Below, in pieces: positions 36,023-47,851 of a DNA stretch of 49,453 nucleotides (its first letter is position 1; every line of letters starts with the position of its first letter). The notes under the pieces were generated by a model that saw only the letters and a program-made list of their open reading frames with translations, was not told the origin of the DNA and searched no databases. A program made the position numbers and the translations under genes. The DNA is taken from contig JAVECL010000120.1 in NCBI GenBank assembly GCA_051942245.1, positions 1-49,453 on the forward strand. The letters are read 5' to 3'. Source of the DNA: Trypethelium eluteriae. Lineage: Eukaryota.

Positions 36023-38206
36023 TTATCCTTGACGATCATTGCCACCCAAACCATGGGCGTGTGAGTCCGGGAGTAAATTCATTGAACTGGTGCGGGAATT
36101 GCTAGTTTCAGGGCGCACTGCGAGGCTCATGATATCGAATGGTCTTGCAAGAAGACCAATGTACGTGGATAGACACTTCCATTGTGTTCGTCGTGCAACT
36201 GCCCTGCCCCCAACAATTACGTGTCCTTCCAACTCGATAACGAGTTGCGAAATCTGGAGCACGGCATCAACGTGCTCAGCAGCGGCTTCCTTCGTCTTGA
36301 CCACGGCATGAATAATTGGCTGATTGAACCGGTTCATCTCTGCTGCAATAAACATTCCAGTGAAGCGGCCTAACAATGCTGCAGAGAGTACCAGTGAGAG
36401 TACCATGAGCACTATGGTTATAGACATGAACTGAGCTGAAGCGAAAAGGGCTGTTCCAAATGCGAAGACAGCTACGCTTGACAGCTTCGCAATAATTTGG
36501 AACGCGGCATGTATAGGCGTGATGCCCTCTTTTGATACCACGACGTAAAAGCAGCAGCGGTCCTGTGTATAAGGGGAGTGATCGGCAATGATCCTGCCTT
36601 TGACGTTGTAACCGCCCTTTATATTGTCCAGCACATCGTGATCCGAAGAAGCTCGGACTTTTGGGGCGTCTTCGCTGACTGTGACGTTGCGAGGCATCCT
36701 TGAAACTCTCATAGTCCAGGAATCGGTGAAAGGTACAGAAGCCCAATTCTCCATCGCAGATGTAATGATGATGAGCATATACCAAAAGTACATCCAGAGG
36801 CGAGTCTAATATATTTGGTCATTAGTCGTGCCGGAAGATGTGAAAAAAAAAAAAGAAAGAAAAAAGTCTGCGCAAATTTCTGTAATCCTCAACTGCTGCC
36901 AACAAAGGACTTTTGGGGTAAAGAGAAGTAAGCTCATTTGCTCATGTAAATAGAGGGCAAGGTCTCAAGCGAAGAACATCGTCACAACGAAGTATGTATG
37001 AAAGGATGAAGCAAACATAGGTGGGAATAGCAAAGAAATTCGAAGCCTTATTTTCCGCTTCGGAGATGGTGACGGGAACGCCCGTGGCTTGATCTATTAT
37101 GCAGATCTCCTGAAGCCAGTGACAAGACTGTTAAGGCAGAAATGCCGCGTTTAATCAACATTGATCACAATTGTCCCTCTAGCGTGAATCCTAGGCAGTA
37201 AAAGAAAGTTACATCTGATCACAAAGGTTTTCTTCATACAATTGTTGAGACCAAGAACTGAGCATCTCGGCATACCTTACAACAGGAAATTCGAACATGT
37301 GCACAACATGGATTAACAGTGTTAGAGTATGCAAAGACGGGCAAAGGAAAATGAGATTGAGCTACTTACTCTGCACCACCATGCGATCACACCTCCGATT
37401 TGGCCGTACCATAAAGCAACAAGAGTTACACATAACATGGAGAGTTGGACTAGTAGGGCAATCCAGATCTTTGTGTATGAGTTGCCACCACTCGTCACTC
37501 GCGACCTGCGCTCTACCCTTTGAGCAAATCTCTGATGGTCAAAGAGATTCTGGATCGTATCTGTTTCTGCTCTAAATTTCTCCTCTTTTTCATTGGCCCA
37601 TTGAGACGATATCATTCCCCCAAACATGAACGGAGAGGAAATGCTATAGTCACTGGCAGATGATGGAATGATCGTTCCACCAAGGCTGAGGAACACTGAG
37701 AGGACGCCGGCCAATGGTATTAGCTTGTAAACCATCCAGAACTCCTTGCTAGGGCTTCCGATAAGTGCGCCAGCAGCGGGGAGAAGAGCTAAAGCTCCGG
37801 CGGCACCGCTGTATTCTGCGGCATTAAGAGCGTGAAGATCCATCAAGGCCAGACTAAGGTTTCCAAGACATTCGATATCAGTACCTGATCTGATGCTCAC
37901 TCCCCGCTGGCCCCACCAATAGATATTCAAATTTCCTGTTTCGCCATCTATGCTGTTGTTCATGTCCTGTTGTTGGTTGTGCGGGAGCGAAGATTCAGGG
38001 ACTGGTGTGAACAAAGACCCAGGAGCTGAAGTATCAGTACGAACGTAGGCCGCGGAAGTAATTCCAGGCAGGGCGAACAATGTAAGAAAATAGGTCTGTA
38101 TCGTTTGGACGCAGACGACCTTCGTACGGCTCAGGGCATCTGTTCCAGCGAATAAAAATGCATGGAATATCCGAAAGGGTCGTTGTGGTAGTGGATCAGA
38201 GTCCAT
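36023..38206 (-). CDS. Uncharacterised multi-pass membrane protein, about 539 aa, two exons
   Basis: ORFs 38206..37370 and 36805..36023 join in phase 0 through a 564-nt intron (GTAAGT...GACTAAT...TAG), giving GGVIAWWCR/TRLWMYFWY. Several hydrophobic helices and the motif EYSGAAGALALLPAAGALIGSP. Confidence 0.75.
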
Positions 38207-40330
38207 TCTGTCGGGCTTTCGTGGTCTTCAAATCAGACAGATAAAGCCCTCTTGATTGTAGTGGACTCTTTCAGAAGTCAGGACAGTCAGAATACTATAC
38301 TTGCTCGCACATGGATCAGTATAGGTTATATGATTATTCTAGCGCTGCAACATGGCCGAAACATGTATGTAGACGAATGGGGGAGGCCAAAACTTACCAT
38401 GAAGTCTTCCGTTTGGCCTAATCTCGTGAACTACATTCAAGTCTGGCCAGGTCGACCCTGTGTAGTTGCCGGATGCTGGTGGATGGTAAGATGTTCTGTA
38501 TTTTGGAGAGTTCTTTCTAGGAAGCGGACAGTACTGGCCTTCTGAGCGGAGAGCATAGATGCCGCAGCTACTGCTTCACCACAACACACATGAAAGGGAG
38601 GAGAACATTGGATAGAATGGGGAGTTCATCCCGAATTATCACGGCTAGGTTCTTAGACCTATTGCCCGAAGATTCATAGCAACCCTTGAGACCCATTCCA
38701 GACAGTGAGATAAGACATGGCCCACAGAGCCGAGACGGGAGAGACGAGCAGCCAGCAGGATCAGCCACGAGCGGCAGCATTCCTTTTTCCAGCCATAGTG
38801 CGGAGCTACGATATGGAGGGATTGCATTTCTGGTTAATGTGCAGTGGTCGAAGCTGGCAACAAATACAGACTCTGTGGGTTGGACGCAGATTCTGTGTGT
38901 ACATGAAGTGGAAGACTTTTCAACCTTTTGGCTTGGGCAGGCATGTTGAAAACGCAAAGAGCCCTCTCGGAAGCCTGGATGACCGAAGTCCCGCTATCAA
39001 GAAGTATCTCCACATGAGCGACCGTCCTAGAGTGAGTAAGACATAGTACGATACTTGGCTGCAGGCTTGAAATTCGTTGAGAAATAGGGTTACTGATCCT
39101 GAATACAAACCTGCGATACGAGTGCTAACAACACTAAAACATGAAAGCCTTACAATGTTCAACCCTAGCAAGATGGTACATTAGCATAGTAGAGAAAGTA
39201 CAGCTTCGGCATTGTTAGGAAAACCTTTGCCTTCGAGAAAATATACACTGCCCATGGAGGAACTTCATAACAGCATATTCTCTTGGTCCATAGGGAGAAG
39301 CGCAAAAAGCTGAAGTTGACACCATTCTGGCTTTCTGGATCAAGTCTCTATCTTGAGTACTGTACAAATATACTCGTTGTCACTCAGGGGACTTGTCACT
39401 GCCTCTGCCTCTGAGGCGCTCTCGCCGCAGTCTGTTTATATGACGGAATTTGAGTTTCGAGACCAACTATTCCAAGAGGTGCGTTTGTGCGTGCGTGGGG
39501 TGGGTACATGCAGGTGGCCAATGCTGTCGTGAGAGACAAGGTCAAGGATCCTACTACTCTACGCACAGGACCCGATACTTCCAGAAAATGTGGTCGGCAG
39601 TTTCTTATTCCGGAACGATGCAGATGTCTCCCACAGTGGGCTCCCTGTGGATGACGTACGATACGGTACGACCCGCTAGTACGTGAACTTATCGTCACGT
39701 CTTCATCCACGTAGACACTCACATAACGCAGCAATGGATGCACTATGGCACTTGCAAAAGGGCACACTGGCTGTACAACATTGTTGAAGCCGCGATGGGA
39801 GAAAGCTGGTCCACCTTATCTCCGTGGACTCAGGAGGTTGGATGAGATGATAGAGTTCCCTGCAAATGTGTCAGGGGCCCCTGCTTAGCCAGACATGCTA
39901 TCCTTATTAGGTTAGCAGCTCCCTGTCCTTACATCCGACCGTCTGAGCTACACTTGTCGCCACTTTGGTCTCAAAAATTGGGATATGAAGGTTCTTAACT
40001 CTTTCTACTACCTTATTAAATCATCCTACAGAACTACGAAGTATTTGCGTGTAGAACCCTACTTACTTCTGGGTACGATATACGCTTTAACATACTAATT
40101 TAATCATAAATAGTACAAAATTCAATGCCTTCATAAAGACTTTGGTGCCATCGGTCGAAAATTGACACTTTTCTCCCTACCTACCCCCTGTTGAAATTGA
40201 TGTCTTGATTTTGTGGAATTATCTAGGTCTGAAGGTTTTATTTGTGGGTTCACACAGGTGCGCTAGGCCTAGTTTGAATGGATTCAGGTTGATCCTCCCC
40301 CCTTACCTATCTACCTCCCCACTAACACAC

Positions 40331-40448
40331 GCAGAGGTGCGAGACCTGCATAGAGACCTAAGCAGAGATGCGAGACCTATGCAGGGGTACGAGATCTATG
40401 CAAAGATGCGAGACCTATGCGAAACATATGCAGAGGTGCAAAATCTAC
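40331..40448. repeat. Degenerate ~19-bp minisatellite, consensus GCAGAGATGCGAGACCTAT
   Basis: Units at 40331, 40362, 40381, 40400 and 40430, plus partial units. Confidence 0.75.
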
Positions 40449-40583
40449 CTAGGGACAGAGGGACCCAACATCCAGCTGGCTAGGTTACCGTGGAGACCCA
40501 TATCTGGGAACAGACAACGCGGCTCTTGTCGTACCCTACACCTTCATACGCAGAACTTGTATATCTTCAAGCACGTTTTCGTC

Positions 40584-42039
40584 ATGGTAGCTGTAAGAAT
40601 CGACCCGTATCTTACTGGACCTGATCATGTGGTCCTTAGCAACCTTTTTCACGATGTTCAGAAACCCTTGAGCCATCATAGCTCCACGTCAACTGACAAA
40701 GATGCTATTGCTCAGTTGCAAGCGCTGAACGATGAGAAGAATCCGGGCTTCCAGCCGACTGTTTTCACGACATGGGATGAGAAAGATCTCCCACCATGGA
40801 TCAACGACTACCTCGTGAAACCCTACACGACTTGGGCGAAAAGCGTTGTCAGACATCCCACTGATGTCGTGTTTTTGACGCACATCATCACATACTTTCT
40901 GGTTTCCGTGCCAAGCGCAATCCTCCTGTTCTACCACTTCACCTGGGTTCATGGCGTACTCCATGCCATATGGTCCCTCTGGTGTGCAGGTTCCTTCACT
41001 CTTATGATGCATAATCATATTCACAATAACGGAGTTTTGTCTAAATCGTGGGCTTGGCTCGATTATACATTTCCATACATATTGGAGCCCCTCATGGGAC
41101 ACACCTGGGATTCGTATTATTATCATCACGTCAAGCACCATCATGTTGAAAGCAATGGTAGGTCTTCACTTCGTCGCTTTGTGGAGAGGATATCACTGCT
41201 GATTGGAGACTTTCGACAGGCCCAGACGACCTTTCGTCAACCGTCCGGTATCAAAGAGACGACCTCCTCAACTTTCTCTGCTACGTAGGAAGGTTTCTGT
41301 TCCTTATCTGGCTTGAATTGCCACTCTACTTTGTGCGCAAAGGCAAACTTGTTCTTGCCTGCAAAGCCGGGACGACAGAGCTTGTGAATTATTTGCTCAT
41401 CTACCTTGTTACGACGCGGGCCAACCTCAGAGCATCAACCTTTGTTTTCCTCATTCCGTTCGTTCAGCTCCGCTTGGGCTTAATGATTGGGAACTGGGGC
41501 CAACATGCTCTAGTTGACGAAAGAGAGCCAGACTCAGATTTTAGGTCGAGCATCACTCTTATGGATGTACCCGTGAGTAGCAGTCTCAAATCATCATTCC
41601 AGGTCACTAAACACCAACGATGCAGAGCAATCGTTTCTGCTTTAACGATGGCTATCATACCGCTCATCATCTGAATCCTCGGCGGCACTGGCGGGACCAG
41701 CCCATACACTTCCTCCAGCAAAAAGAAGCGTACCGCAATGGCCGCGCCTTGGTCTTCCATAATATCGACTACCTGATGATGACGGTGAAGCTGTTGCAGA
41801 AGGACTACGAGTACTTAGCGAAGTGCCTTGTCCCTATTGGGGAACAGACGCGCATGTCCCAACTTGAGATTGTGGCAATGCTACGGACCAAGACCAAGCG
41901 TTTTACGGAAGAGGACATCGCGAGAAAATTCAAACCTTCTACAACGGCGCCAAGTGCCAGGAAACGGAGCGGGAAAAAGAAGGGCGTCGAAGATGCCTTT
42001 GAGGTCTCGCAGGTCAGGCTCTTGACAAAAGTCCAATAA
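40584..42039 (+). CDS. Membrane fatty-acid desaturase/hydroxylase-superfamily protein
   Basis: Three His boxes (HNHIH, YYYHHVKHHH, GYHTAHH) plus GNWGQH and TM segments; introns 41158-41219 and 41573-41625. Confidence 0.88.
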
Positions 42040-42951
42040 GTTGCGCAGAAGCATTTCCTCATTATGGGTGAAGCTGAAGCTGGCATTGTATAGTAAACTT
42101 CATGGCCGTGGTAAATAAAGGGGTCTCTATCTATTTGCAGCTCCATGGCGTCGGCGAGAACCATCAGCGTCATCGACGCACGTCACATGAGCAATTCGCT
42201 CGAGCTGACCAGTCTTATTCTATATCCAAAGAGACCGAAGGCCTATCTGATGAAAGAAAGCTACCAGTGCAGTATACTATAATAGTTTTGTGTTAATCTC
42301 CATTCACAATAGTCTAGGGGCGTTAGCATTTAGCTTAGGCCCTGTCGTCCAATTCTTTCCATCTCACTTGTCTAGTCTCTGGCCTCTCTCTGTCTTTCTT
42401 TCTTTATTTCCTTTGATTGGTCTTTTAGGTATGGGTAAAATAACTACCTGTTATATACCAGCCGCGGTAGCCCAGATCCTTCGAGGATTGTGTTCAGTTC
42501 TCGGCAGTCAACGCAGACGCTGTCTAAGCTGTGACAATTCCAGAAGCAGCTAAGCAATCCACCAGGTGTCGTCAGTCAAGCTAATGAGAGTTTGCGGAGC
42601 CTTGGGGAGCCTAAAGAGCTGCAAAACTATGAGATCGATGTGTTCCCATCTCGCATCGAACTGCTTTAAAGCTCTTGATGTATAAGTAGCCCAAAGACAG
42701 TTCTGAAGTCTAACATTTTTAGTGGTCCGACTTACTGGCGAGATGAGTATACTTAGTAACACACCTTGGAGTTTGGAATCTGTCAAAGATGCCGATCATT
42801 CCTAAGAGTCTGCACAATACATTGAAAATCTATTTTGGTCAGCCAACACCAACGAGTTTTCTCAATTGATTTGGCTACTTCGTTTCCTAAGCGGAACCCT
42901 AAGTATTCCCATCGAATGAATGAAATCTGCGATCATTAGTAGCCTATCAAG

Positions 42952-45900
42952 TCACGACCATCTGTCGGGGGGTGGAGTGGGCAGAGACGAAGCATCCACC
43001 ACCTCGCGAATATTGAAAGCTTTAGCTATTTCAACCAGGGACGGCAGAGGCCCAAGAGATCGTGACCTGAGCCTCTTACGTCCGTACGCAGTCGCCCACC
43101 GGAGAAGCAGGCGTTCTCCAACTCTACCTGCGCTAGGCCCAAGTGTTGCCATTATATACCCCTGCGAAACTCCATTGGCCGATGCCTCTGCTGCGTGGAC
43201 GAACCAGAATTCAATAGCATAGTCGTAGAATGGTAGGCCTCCCAGTTCCTTTGGACTCAGCTTATTCCTCTCCGCATGTGTGAATAAATTGTGACATGCA
43301 TGCCCTAGCCTGTCATTGCTTCGCCCTACCCAGTTTCCTCTCTTGTGCGTGTCAAAGTCGACCAATCCCGGTAAAGTGTCTAGCCGGGAAAGGTACTCAA
43401 AGACTGTGTGGTGGATGACTTGGACGACAGCTTTTGCATTACCATTCATTGCAGTGGTCTCCACCATCTTCGTTAATCCACCCGTGAATTTCTCTACGAT
43501 CCTAAGCATAGAAATATCATCTTCAACGATTGGTTGCGGCCTTCCAGGAACTATCTGCTTTCCCCAGAACCTCGTTAGAGACTCATCCGAACCCATTGCA
43601 TATCGCAATTCTTCGAGCGTCATTGGTCGTCGCGCGAATCTGATCCACTGTAGAAGAGCCAGGATGATGGGTTTATGTTCGGGATATTCAAAAGTGAGTT
43701 TAGCGAACACCGACGCGTATAGACGCTCAAGATCTAACGGTACAGTCTCGATGCGCTGCATTAGGTTCTGAAATGAATCGCCATTGGCCATCGCGTCTCT
43801 CACTGATTGCACGACCAAGTGTGCCCAAAGAAAGAAACCAGAGGATCGCTCCTTGATTGCTTCGACCAGGTAATCGAACTCTTCCCGGCCTAAATAATCT
43901 CCAGACATAGGATGATCGGTCAGAGCCGTCGTGATATACAATCCTATGCTCTCTGCATTGTGCTCCTCGAGCTTGATTTCCAGACCATTGTCGACCACGA
44001 TTGCCGGATAGTACCTGCATGCGAAGCAGATACTAAGCCCTTTCGAAACACCCCGTTTAACTCTGTTGATTCGTCGCAGGTCTGCTATCACGGCTCTAGC
44101 CTCCTCGTCAGCTTCTTCCGCGGATGTGACCTCCTCGTTGACTGCTTCATCGAGCGCATCTATGAAGATTCTGATTCGGACCGAACGGCCTGCAAGGAGG
44201 AGGGCTCGGATGAAAAGTTCCCGAACAATGCCAGTAGACCACGGTACCGAGGAACCTCCCTTCAACATACTCTCTGCCCATGGCCAAAAATCTTCACCTG
44301 CAGATGGAATTCTATTCAAGAGCTGGAACAGTAAGGTCCGATACATCCCAAGCCTTGTATTTTCGAGGGTCGTTCCTCGACCAAAGAAGAAGTAATAAAG
44401 TTGGAGATGAGTTTGTCCCTCATTTTTTCGGTCAAACAATAGAATAGCCTTTAATGCAGTCGATTTCCCGAATCCTGGACCGCCTCGAATACCAAGCATT
44501 CCACCGTCTTGATCTCGCCATTTCAAATATGAAGGATCATTGAATAACCAATCCACCGTGCCAGGGTATGGGGCCGGAATATGCTCAATCCTTCTTTCCA
44601 TTCCGTAAAAGTGGAGAGTTTTGATGAGATCTAGCCATTGCTTTATTAGGATATAGTAGGGGCCACAGAGAGGAAGGAAAACGTACTGTACTGATGTTCG
44701 GTTGGTGGTACTAGGAGATCGGTTGGAATCTGGACGGGAGGGATCATTACAGGGCCGATTGGGTTCCACGCGGTCAGGGACGTATCGTATATCTGTTCTC
44801 CTCCCTCAGGTTCAAGGTGGCGGGGCCAAGCTCTGTCCTTGTCGCGGACTTTCCTGGATGACACTAACTCCTGGTAGATCTCGGTCCTCAGTCGCTCCGT
44901 GAACTCAGTGATGGTCAATTTTGAAGTATTGTGAAAATTTCTGATTCCATTATTGTAAGCCTCTTCCAGGAAGTCAACAAATATTGGAACTTCATGGTAG
45001 AGTCGCTTTAGGAGTTTGAAGAATAGTCGATGTGTCCGCTCCGAATCGTCAAACTTTACTGCCAAGCGCGGTCCCAAGATCTCATAGTGCTGAAATGGGT
45101 CTAAGAATGAGAAGTCGTTGAGCATAGTGTCGGTGGAATGTAGATCAACAGGGATGATGGCCAGAGGATCATTATCATGTGAGATCCGCAAGGCGACCAG
45201 GCCAATCTCAGTCATAACGTGATGAAAGTGTTCCGTTCTAACATGCTTTGTGACAACGGTTCTAATCGCATCGTGAATATGCTCCGTGTTTGGTGACTTT
45301 AGGCTGGGGGTCCCCTCAAGTTGATACCTTGCCATCTCTCTTCGTCCCACCTTTTTGATTTCTTCGACATACTCTTTGGCCTCGGGATTCATGCAATAAT
45401 TGTGAAGCACTTCCGAATGGCATAGGATAACTTTATCAACATGATTCACAGCGATTTCCTTCGGGAGGAGGCAGAGCTGGTTAGCGAGGATATTGTGCCG
45501 TGCTGCCGAATTAACCGGTTCAGAAGCGAGGACCGGTCTTCTATCCGAGCGAGTCCTCGATCCGATCTTCTTGAAGTATTCAATGATACGGTGCACTATC
45601 CTGTCATCTGCTTTTCCAAATTTATCGTTGTTGTGAGCATAGATGATGAAGAAGCTGGGCACGTCCGGCCGCCCAAAGAAATCGGGGATTGATAAGCCGA
45701 TGCATATCTCTGTGATCAAAATTTCCAGCACTAATAGTACGATCAGTAGTCCGTTGGAACGGATGACGAGAAATACACAGGTAGAGGAATGAATCCTACG
45801 TTGATTGATTTTACTGGGGTCAGCAGTCAAAGTTTGTATTGTCGATGTCGGTGCCGGGCTTAGCCCTTCTCGGCCTAGAACACCTACTTCCCCTGTCTCA

Positions 45901-46115
45901 CGCTTATCAACCCTACCAACCCCATCCTCAGCTTCGAGCGAGCCCTGTCCTGGTGCCAAAATACCCCAATGTGCGGCCGTCGAGGTATTTAGGATCTGTT
46001 TGCCAATGGTTCGTCGCCAATCCCTCAAAAGCACGACCTCTTTCAGCAAGAGAGCGCAAAACAACAATAGTGGCAGGCCCACAAGAACAGTTGTAACGAT
46101 CTGAGAATCCGCCAT
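42952..46115 (-). CDS. Fungal NLR-like protein: N-terminal TM anchor, TIR-like domain, NACHT NTPase and helical/winged-helix region, no intact repeat domain
   Basis: ORFs 46115..44687 and 44630..42952 join through a 56-nt phase-1 intron (GTACGT...CCTAAT...TAG). A second in-frame intron at 45799..45731 is possible. Walker A GGPGFGKST, Walker B IFIDALDE, GFFLWAHLV, ARRPMTLEEL, IHHTVFEYL and YAIEFWFVH. Confidence 0.88.
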
Positions 46116-46441
46116 GATATTAGCATCCCACGTACCTGAATATATGATTTGATTTGGGCAACGTCCACAGTTCTAAGGATGAAAAGGTCTCGAGTGCGAG
46201 GCAATGAGCTGAAATTTCGAATTCTTATTCCTCGCAGCTGAGTAAGCTCCTGGCTTCTCATCCCAGTAATAATGAGGTCAGCTAACATATCGCAAGGCTG
46301 ATCGTGATGCTGATCGCGATACTGATTGCAAGGCTGAATGCTTGGCAGTGGCAATCGGTGAAGCCTTTAAAATAACCTCACTCGTAATTGCTTGTTTCCT
46401 AGATTTGTAAACTACCAAAAAGTCGCTATCTGACAGCCAGA

Positions 46442-47851
46442 ATGTTGGAGACTACAGCCGACGAGCTACGAGGGCAGTGGAAGAACCCATCAGGCGTCCT
46501 GAGCCTTCTCCTCCTCATTGGCGGGGATATCGTACAGAAAGCCATCGCACAGACAGCTGGATATACCCTCCGCCTCCCAAGCCGAAGACAGCGCAACTCC
46601 GTCCAGCCTTTGACAAATGCCAGCGGACCATCAATTCGGCTTGCCACGATTCCGCTTACACCTGTTGCGTTTTCCTTCGGCTGGGTTGCATTCGGATTTA
46701 GCCAGCTTCAGTCCGCAGTTGGCGACAGAAGACTCTTGCCAACCCCGGAAAAGTCGGCTATCGTGGTCAACTGTGCCAATGGATTCCAGCGAAAAAACGA
46801 GTCCTGGGTAATCGATCGCCTTCTGAGGGATCATGAGATCTGCAATCCTGTTGATGAGAAGGCCGACTCCCTCCGAATCGACATTTTTGAGCTTGGCCCT
46901 CTTCGGAAGCTCGTCCCGGACCACGTTTGGTGGATGGGTTGGCTGACAATGTTGGCTGAAATCGCGCTCGCTATCCCTCCTTGGGTTTTGCACGGAGATT
47001 GGGGAACAATGATGGTTGTGTTGTGCGGTAACACGCTCGCATTCATTACCTGCTTCTTGCCACAGTGGAGAGCAGAGAAGTGGGCGGGGGGGACGCTGGA
47101 TGCGAATAACGTCATTTGCATCACTAGAGGCAATGGCCGTAAACACATCATGGTTCTAATAGGCAGCCCGGGCTCTCCCGACCTAGAGACTTTTGCCACG
47201 GCCAAAGGACCTGTTCGTCCGGAAACGCCCTTTGCAACTGTTATTCTCGCGGCCCTATGGGTCTGCCTATTATTGAGTGTTTCGGCGCTCCAAGCGAATG
47301 CCTGGTATCTTCTTGGGGCCGGCGGACTGGGCATGCTGCAGAATGTTTATGTGGCCGGGGCAACGCGGCGATCCTGTACCACAGGCCTGCAGCTAAAGGT
47401 GTTCGAGCGCATGCCAACTATAACGGGAAAGTCTGTTGAGTTCCAAGATGATCCAAATCCAAATGTTGACCTAGAGGAAGCGCTTCGGGATGTGTTGCCA
47501 TTGAGTAATTGGATTAATGAACAAGGAGCTACGCCCAAGGATATCCCAACGTGGCTGGAATCAATGGACAAGAATGATGGAGCTCCTGCATGGCTGGAGC
47601 CAGTACGAAACACGCAAAACGTTGTAAGGACGCATGGCGCATTGAAGGAGCTCGAGAAATGGGTCCCTGGAGCCGGGCTGGCAATGCTACAGATATACTT
47701 CCCAACCCGTATAGAATATGAAGATGGTAATGTCAGGGATAACATCAACAAGAAGTTTTGGAAGAGAGCCTCGCACACGAGACGAGTAAGGAGGCAAGCT
47801 GAGCAGGCTCGACGTAAGATTGAGCAATGTGAGGGGACCAAGTTTGTGTGA
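46442..47851 (+). CDS. Uncharacterised fungal multi-pass membrane protein, 469 aa
   Basis: Single ORF with motifs QWKNPSGVLSLLLLIGGDIVQKAIAQ, TPVAFSFGWVAF, LPQWRAEKW, TRGNG and GMLQN, and about 4-6 hydrophobic helices. Confidence 0.85.
   Translation: MLETTADELRGQWKNPSGVLSLLLLIGGDIVQKAIAQTAGYTLRLPSRRQRNSVQPLTNASGPSIRLATIPLTPVAFSFGWVAFGFSQLQSAVGDRRLLPTPEKSAIVVNCANGFQRKNESWVIDRLLRDHEICNPVDEKADSLRIDIFELGPLRKLVPDHVWWMGWLTMLAEIALAIPPWVLHGDWGTMMVVLCGNTLAFITCFLPQWRAEKWAGGTLDANNVICITRGNGRKHIMVLIGSPGSPDLETFATAKGPVRPETPFATVILAALWVCLLLSVSALQANAWYLLGAGGLGMLQNVYVAGATRRSCTTGLQLKVFERMPTITGKSVEFQDDPNPNVDLEEALRDVLPLSNWINEQGATPKDIPTWLESMDKNDGAPAWLEPVRNTQNVVRTHGALKELEKWVPGAGLAMLQIYFPTRIEYEDGNVRDNINKKFWKRASHTRRVRRQAEQARRKIEQCEGTKFV

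Noticed and set aside
40368..40583. N-terminal extension of the desaturase ORF
   Set aside because: It derives from the minisatellite and promoter sequence. The family-like sequence starts at ATG 40584.
28795..42039. Secondary-metabolite gene cluster (MFS plus desaturase plus hydrolase)
   Set aside because: No backbone enzyme (PKS, NRPS, terpene synthase) or cluster transcription factor in the window.
9201..46115. NAD-themed cluster (NAD kinase, IDO/BNA2, TIR-like NADase)
   Set aside because: The genes are 15-20 kb apart and separated by unrelated housekeeping genes, so this is most likely coincidence.
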